Part shown: positions 56,976-64,000 of the stretch, piece after piece
Layout of the letters: each line of letters begins with the position of its first letter
How positions within the stretch are numbered: position 1 is the first letter of the stretch
Assembly (NCBI GenBank): GCA_040349255.1
Contig: JBEQUE010000144.1
Location: 15,524-79,523 of the forward strand
DNA: 64,000 nucleotides
From: Acidobacteriota bacterium
Lineage (GTDB): Bacteria > Acidobacteriota > Thermoanaerobaculia > Multivoradales > UBA5704
Reading direction: 5' to 3'
The notes under the pieces: generated by a model
Told to the model about the DNA's origin: nothing
The model's database searches: none
Seen by the model: the letters and a program-made list of their open reading frames with translations, nothing else
Program-made: the position numbers and the translations under genes

Positions 56976-59780
56976 ATGCTCTCTCCATTACGACGCATCC
57001 TCGCGCCCTGTTTCGTCCTGTGCGCCCTGGCCGTTCCGGCCGCCGCCGAGACCTCCGACGGCCCGGCCCGCCTCGTCGCCGACCTGGCGCCGGAGAGCGC
57101 GAGCGTCCCGCTGAACGGCTGGAGCCTGGCGCCGGTCGGCAACCGCGCCGTCTTCCTGCGCATGGACAACGAGTACGCGCCCGCCCTGTGGGTCACGGAC
57201 GGCACCCCGGAAGGCACGAGCGAGCTGGCCGTCCTCTGCCCGCCCTGCGGAGGTGCCATCCTGCTCGGCTCGACGGGCGGCGTGGCCTTCTATCGGATCA
57301 GCGAGAGCGGTCCGAGCCCCCGGATGCAGATCTGGCGCACCGACGGCACGAAGGCCGGGACCTTCCCGGTGATCTCCGGCGTCACCAACCTGATCTCCCC
57401 CTCCCTCGACGGCGGACGGCTCTTCTTCACTGCCTGCACGCCCGGGCAGGGCTGCGAGCTGTGGTCGAGCGACGGCACGGTGGCCGGGACACGGCTCACC
57501 GGAGAGATCGCTCCCGGACCGGCGAACGCGAACGTCCGCCAGGTCTCGGCGGCCGGCGACAGGGCGTTCGTGATCGTCGGCACCTCCGCCCTCTGGGTCG
57601 CGGACGCTTCCGGTGTCCGGCCTCTCCGCGAGTTGGAAAAGATCCGCTACCTCCTCGCCGGCAGTGACGGACGCGCCTACTTCGTCGCCGAGGAGGGTGG
57701 TGCCCAGGAGGGTGGCCTCGAGGTCTGGACGAGCGACGGCACCGCCGCCGGGACGCGGCCGGTGACGAGCTTTAAGCTGCAGAGCCCGTTCAGCCGCAAC
57801 CCGTTCGCGGCGCTCGCCGAGGACCGCTTCTACTTCTCGGCCCGGAGCGGCAAGGGCAACGAGCTCTGGAGCGTCGGGCCGACCCCGCAGAGCCTGCGCC
57901 GCCTGACCGATTTCAACGATCCCTTCGCCTACTTCTCCTCCGTCCGGAAGACCGGCAGCCGGACCCTCTTCGTGGCCCAGATCCAGGATCGGCAGCAGTT
58001 CACCCCGCCGAGGCTCTGGGCCTCGCGCGGCGACTTCCGCACGACGGCGCGGCTCTCCTCCGCGGATGTCGAAGGCTCCCTGGCTCCCCTGGGCCAGGGC
58101 CGTTTCGCGTTCCACAGCAACAACCCGAAGGACTCCCTCTGGGTCACGGACGGCACCGTCCCCGGCACCCGCCTGCTCCAGCCCTCGGGGCGCTGGCACG
58201 ACCTCTCCCAGTCCATGCCTCTCGGCGACCGCGTCCTGTTCGAGCTGACCAACGAGTACGAGACCGGAGACCTGTGGCTGACCGACGGCACCGCCGCCGG
58301 CACCTTCTTCGTCGCCCAGGGCGGGCCGAAATGGTCGCACTACTGGGGATGGGGCGGCTCGCTCATCGCCGCCCGGGCGAGCGGCCGGCTCCTGTTCGAC
58401 GCCCTGCCCGATCCCGAGAACGACCCCGTCAGCACCCTGCTGAGCAGCGACGGCTCGCCGGGCGGGATGCGCGAGCTCGCCCGCTTCCAGGTCGGGAGGA
58501 GCTCGTACCCCCAGCAGCTCCTGCCCCTGCGCGACCGGCTGCTCGTCCAGATCTGCGCCGGGACGACGCTGGAGATGCACGCGGTGCGCGGCACGGAGAC
58601 GGAGCTCCTGGCCTCGCAGCCCTACGAGTCCTCGTGCGGCGGCCCCACCCTGTCCTACCGGTACGCCGCGCTCGACGACCGGGCGGCGTTCCTGACCTTC
58701 TCGCCGACGGAGGGGAGCGAGCTCCTGGCGACCGACGGCACGCGCGCCGGCACGCGCGTCCTCATCCCGGCCTCCCGGCCCGACGAGCCGATGGACGTGG
58801 TCCGCTTCGGCGACCGGTTCGCCATCTGGGTCTTCGTGCCGACCGGCACCGCGGAGTACGGATCGCAGCTCTGGGTCAGCGACGGTACTCCGGAGGGGAC
58901 CGCCAGGCTGCTCGATCTGCCGGCCGGCATGGAGATGTACCGGCTCACCGGGATCGGGAACAAGCTGTACTTCTACGACGTGACGCAGGAAGGAGCCAAC
59001 CTCTGGATGCAGGCCTGGGTGACCGACGGCACCGCCGCCGGCACCCGGCAGCTCACCAGCGTCAAGGCCAGCACGCCCGACCTGGTCTTCACCGAGGCGG
59101 CCGGCCGGGTCTGGTTCCGCCTCACCCCGCAGGGAGGAAAGACCGAGATCTGGAGCACGGACGGCACGCCGGCCGGCACCCGTCCGGCGGTATCGGCGGG
59201 TGGCGCCTCCGGCATGCTGGACCCGCAGCTTCTGTCGGGAGCCGGAGGACGCCTCTACTTCGCGGCGCGCCGCGCGGACGATCCCAAGGGACCGCTCCGG
59301 CCCTGGGTCTCGGACGGCACCGACGCCGGGACCGCGATGCTCGCCGACGTCGCGCTGGAAGAAGGCGAGAACACCTACTATTTCCTGCCCGGGGAACAGC
59401 CGGGCTTCACGGAGGCGGGAGGCCGCGTGTACTTCGGCGCCTCCGACCCTGCGCACGGAGACGAGCTGTGGTCCACTGACGGCACGCCCGAGGGCACGGC
59501 GCTGGTGAAGGACATCGCGCCCGGCCTGCTCGGCTCCTTCCCGCGCAGCCTGACGGTCTGGAACGGCCGGCTCTGGTTCCGCGCCCGCGATCTCGGCGGC
59601 ATGGCGCACGGCATGGAGCTGTGGTCCACCGACGGCACGGCGGACGGCACGCAGCTCGTCCAGGACCTGTCGCCCGGCCCCTCCTGGTCCTTGCCACAGG
59701 AGCTGACCGTCGCCGGCGGGAGCCTCTACTTCTCGGCCCACGACGGCGAGCACGGCCGCGAGCTCTGGGAAGTGCCGTAG
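56976..59780 (+). CDS. Secreted ELWxxDGT-type repeat protein (~16 repeats)
   Basis: Signal peptide. Repeated (E/D)LW.(T/S)DGT.AGT motifs along the whole length. The start is taken at an internal ATG (56976). Confidence 0.8.
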   Translation: MLSPLRRILAPCFVLCALAVPAAAETSDGPARLVADLAPESASVPLNGWSLAPVGNRAVFLRMDNEYAPALWVTDGTPEGTSELAVLCPPCGGAILLGSTGGVAFYRISESGPSPRMQIWRTDGTKAGTFPVISGVTNLISPSLDGGRLFFTACTPGQGCELWSSDGTVAGTRLTGEIAPGPANANVRQVSAAGDRAFVIVGTSALWVADASGVRPLRELEKIRYLLAGSDGRAYFVAEEGGAQEGGLEVWTSDGTAAGTRPVTSFKLQSPFSRNPFAALAEDRFYFSARSGKGNELWSVGPTPQSLRRLTDFNDPFAYFSSVRKTGSRTLFVAQIQDRQQFTPPRLWASRGDFRTTARLSSADVEGSLAPLGQGRFAFHSNNPKDSLWVTDGTVPGTRLLQPSGRWHDLSQSMPLGDRVLFELTNEYETGDLWLTDGTAAGTFFVAQGGPKWSHYWGWGGSLIAARASGRLLFDALPDPENDPVSTLLSSDGSPGGMRELARFQVGRSSYPQQLLPLRDRLLVQICAGTTLEMHAVRGTETELLASQPYESSCGGPTLSYRYAALDDRAAFLTFSPTEGSELLATDGTRAGTRVLIPASRPDEPMDVVRFGDRFAIWVFVPTGTAEYGSQLWVSDGTPEGTARLLDLPAGMEMYRLTGIGNKLYFYDVTQEGANLWMQAWVTDGTAAGTRQLTSVKASTPDLVFTEAAGRVWFRLTPQGGKTEIWSTDGTPAGTRPAVSAGGASGMLDPQLLSGAGGRLYFAARRADDPKGPLRPWVSDGTDAGTAMLADVALEEGENTYYFLPGEQPGFTEAGGRVYFGASDPAHGDELWSTDGTPEGTALVKDIAPGLLGSFPRSLTVWNGRLWFRARDLGGMAHGMELWSTDGTADGTQLVQDLSPGPSWSLPQELTVAGGSLYFSAHDGEHGRELWEVP

Positions 59781-59783
59781 CGG

Positions 59784-60767
59784 TCAGGTCGCCTGCAGGT
59801 GCCGCACCGTCGGCGGCAGCCCCTCGTCCAGGGTGCGCGGCGTCCAGTCCAGCTCGGTCCGGGCGCGGCGATCGTCGAACGCCCAGTGGCGCGCCAGGTT
59901 GTCGAGTTGGTCCGGGGAGACCGGCGGCCGGCGGCCCTTCATCCTGTAGAACGGCCCGGCGAGCGCCATGGCCACGCGGGCGGCGGGGATCGGCAGGCTG
60001 AGCTTCGGCGGCTTCACCCCGCCCAGCGCGCAGACCCGGTCCACCAGACTCCGCAGGGCCGTGACGTCCCCGGTCAGGAGATACCCACGACCCGGATCGA
60101 TCGTCCCGGCCTTGTGGACGATCCTGACCATGGCGTCCACCACGTCGTCGAGGAAGATCCAGGAGGTCTTCCGGTCGGCGCCGACCAGGACCGGGAAGCG
60201 GCCCTTCAGGAGCTGCCGGAGCAGCGCGTTCGCGCCCTCCTTCTTGCCCGGCGGGCCGTAGACCAGGCTCGGGAAGACGGTGTTGACCCGGAGCCCCTTC
60301 TTCGCCCACTCCTGGATCGCCAGCTCTCCCGAGTGCTTGGTGGCGCTGTAGAGCGTCGGGAACGGCTCCCGGGCGCGCGCGGTCTCGTCGGCCGGGGTGC
60401 CGTCATCCGGGCTGCCGCCGAAGTAGGCCATCGAGGAGACCGAGAGGAACCGGCCCACCCCGAGCTTGTAGGCCAGGGATGCCACGTTGTCGCTCCCGTC
60501 CACGTTCGTCTGGCGCATGCGCGCGGCCGGGCCGGTCAGATCCAGATCGGCCGCGGCGTGGATCACCCAGTCCGCGCCCGACATGCCCTCCCTCATCGAG
60601 TAGCGGTCCTGGAGGTCGCCCACGAACGTGGCGACGCCGAGGTCCTGGAGAGGCTGGGCGTTGCTGGTGGCCCGGACGAGCGCCCGGACCTCGTGGCCGG
60701 CCTCGACCAGCCGCCGCGCCAGCGCCCTGCCGATGTAGCCGGTGCCGCCCGTCAGATAGATCCGCAT
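59784..60767 (-). CDS. NAD-dependent epimerase/dehydratase (SDR family)
   Basis: GGTGYIG and YSATK motifs. Confidence 0.85.
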   Translation of the reverse strand: MRIYLTGGTGYIGRALARRLVEAGHEVRALVRATSNAQPLQDLGVATFVGDLQDRYSMREGMSGADWVIHAAADLDLTGPAARMRQTNVDGSDNVASLAYKLGVGRFLSVSSMAYFGGSPDDGTPADETARAREPFPTLYSATKHSGELAIQEWAKKGLRVNTVFPSLVYGPPGKKEGANALLRQLLKGRFPVLVGADRKTSWIFLDDVVDAMVRIVHKAGTIDPGRGYLLTGDVTALRSLVDRVCALGGVKPPKLSLPIPAARVAMALAGPFYRMKGRRPPVSPDQLDNLARHWAFDDRRARTELDWTPRTLDEGLPPTVRHLQAT

Positions 60768-60911
60768 GGAGGAAGTCTATCCGACACGAGGGGGCGGGAA
60801 TGGCGCGGAGGTCGGACGGGTTTTCAACAGGTGAGAGGGGCGGGTATTGCCGGGAGTTGGACCCGCCCCGGAGGCCATACTCCGAAACTCTCCTTCAGCT
60901 CCCTCTCCTCC

Positions 60912-60950
60912 CCCCGCGCCGACCTCCCTCCACGGCGCGGGGATTTTTAT
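60912..60950 (+). terminator. Hairpin CCCCGCGCCG-(11 nt)-CGGCGCGGGG followed by ATTTTTATT. Plus-strand intrinsic-terminator-like element with no annotated plus-strand gene upstream.
   Basis: 10-bp GC stem plus T-run, read directly from the sequence. Confidence 0.3.
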
Positions 60951-61016
60951 TGATCCCGTTCCCCCCTCTCCCCGGCCCTCTCCCCCGTTCCGGGGGAGAG
61001 GGAGAAAGCAAGGCGC

Positions 61017-63779
<2,763 letters not shown>

Positions 63780-63870
63780 GGGTGTCTCCTCGATCCCGGG
63801 CGGGAGCCCGGGGCCTCCAACGATAACAGCTTGAGACCGCTGGCTGCCAGCGGTGCTCCGGCGGGTTAAG

Positions 63871-64000
63871 ATGGGGCGCATGCCGGCGATCGCCTCCGAC
63901 CTCACCACCCCGGTCCTGCTCCTCGCCATGCCTCAGGTGGTGGACCCGTTCTTCCACAAGAGCGTCGTGCTTCTCCTCCACCATGAAGAGGAAGGGAGCT
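63871..64000 (+). CDS. YqgE/AlgH-family protein, 5' partial
   Basis: [42 protein letters not shown] matches the AlgH N-terminal pattern. It runs off the window end. Confidence 0.6.
   Translation, partial: MGRMPAIASDLTTPVLLLAMPQVVDPFFHKSVVLLLHHEEEGS

Noticed and set aside
56988-59753. 921-aa minus ORF antisense to the ELWxxDGT repeat gene
   Set aside because: The plus-strand frame has the signal peptide and regular repeats; the minus frame is a low-complexity shadow.
59799-60953. 384-aa plus ORF over the epimerase gene
   Set aside because: It is a shadow; the SDR motifs GGTGYIG/YSATK are on the minus strand.

Overview
High-GC (~70% by eye) bacterial chromosomal segment with Gram-negative hallmarks (TonB-C domains, HlyD/MacB-type efflux, lipoproteins). 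It is dominated by defence-type genes. Three different gene architectures combine a CHAT (caspase-like) protease domain with a STAND-type P-loop NTPase and a nucleic-acid- or NAD-targeting module. One is a three-gene CHAT-SIR2 + membrane-spanning STAND NTPase + WD40 cluster (197-6904). One is a single-chain Mrr-like REase-CHAT-NACHT protein (6822-9968) whose N-terminal effector module sits on a low-GC cassette flanked by direct repeats. One is a 1484-aa CHAT-SIR2-NACHT protein (17455-21909). The last lies inside a ~10.6-kb low-GC island (15.0-25.65 kb) that also carries a MetRS-like/FkbM methyltransferase fusion and an inositol-phosphate synthase / DegT aminotransferase / small radical-SAM-SPASM cassette suggestive of aminocyclitol chemistry. 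Further content: a complete four-gene Wadjet-like (JetABCD, TIGR02677-02680-type) cassette, two DUF4157 zincin-like proteins (one inside a segmental duplication), and a phased 13-unit 20-bp repeat palindrome next to an RHH gene and a vapC remnant. There is an iron locus (Fur, FTR1 permease, two FtsX permeases, ABC ATPase fused to a DtxR-like domain), a second MacAB-like efflux operon, a double TonB-C secreted protein and an ELWxxDGT-type repeat protein. Housekeeping genes include citrate synthase, aconitase, a QueD-like protein, a threonine-dehydratase-like protein, a spermidine-synthase fusion and an epimerase. Many long GC-rich shadow ORFs in the six-frame track were rejected. Adjusted start coordinates are computed from the ORF-track frames and may be off by a few nt.
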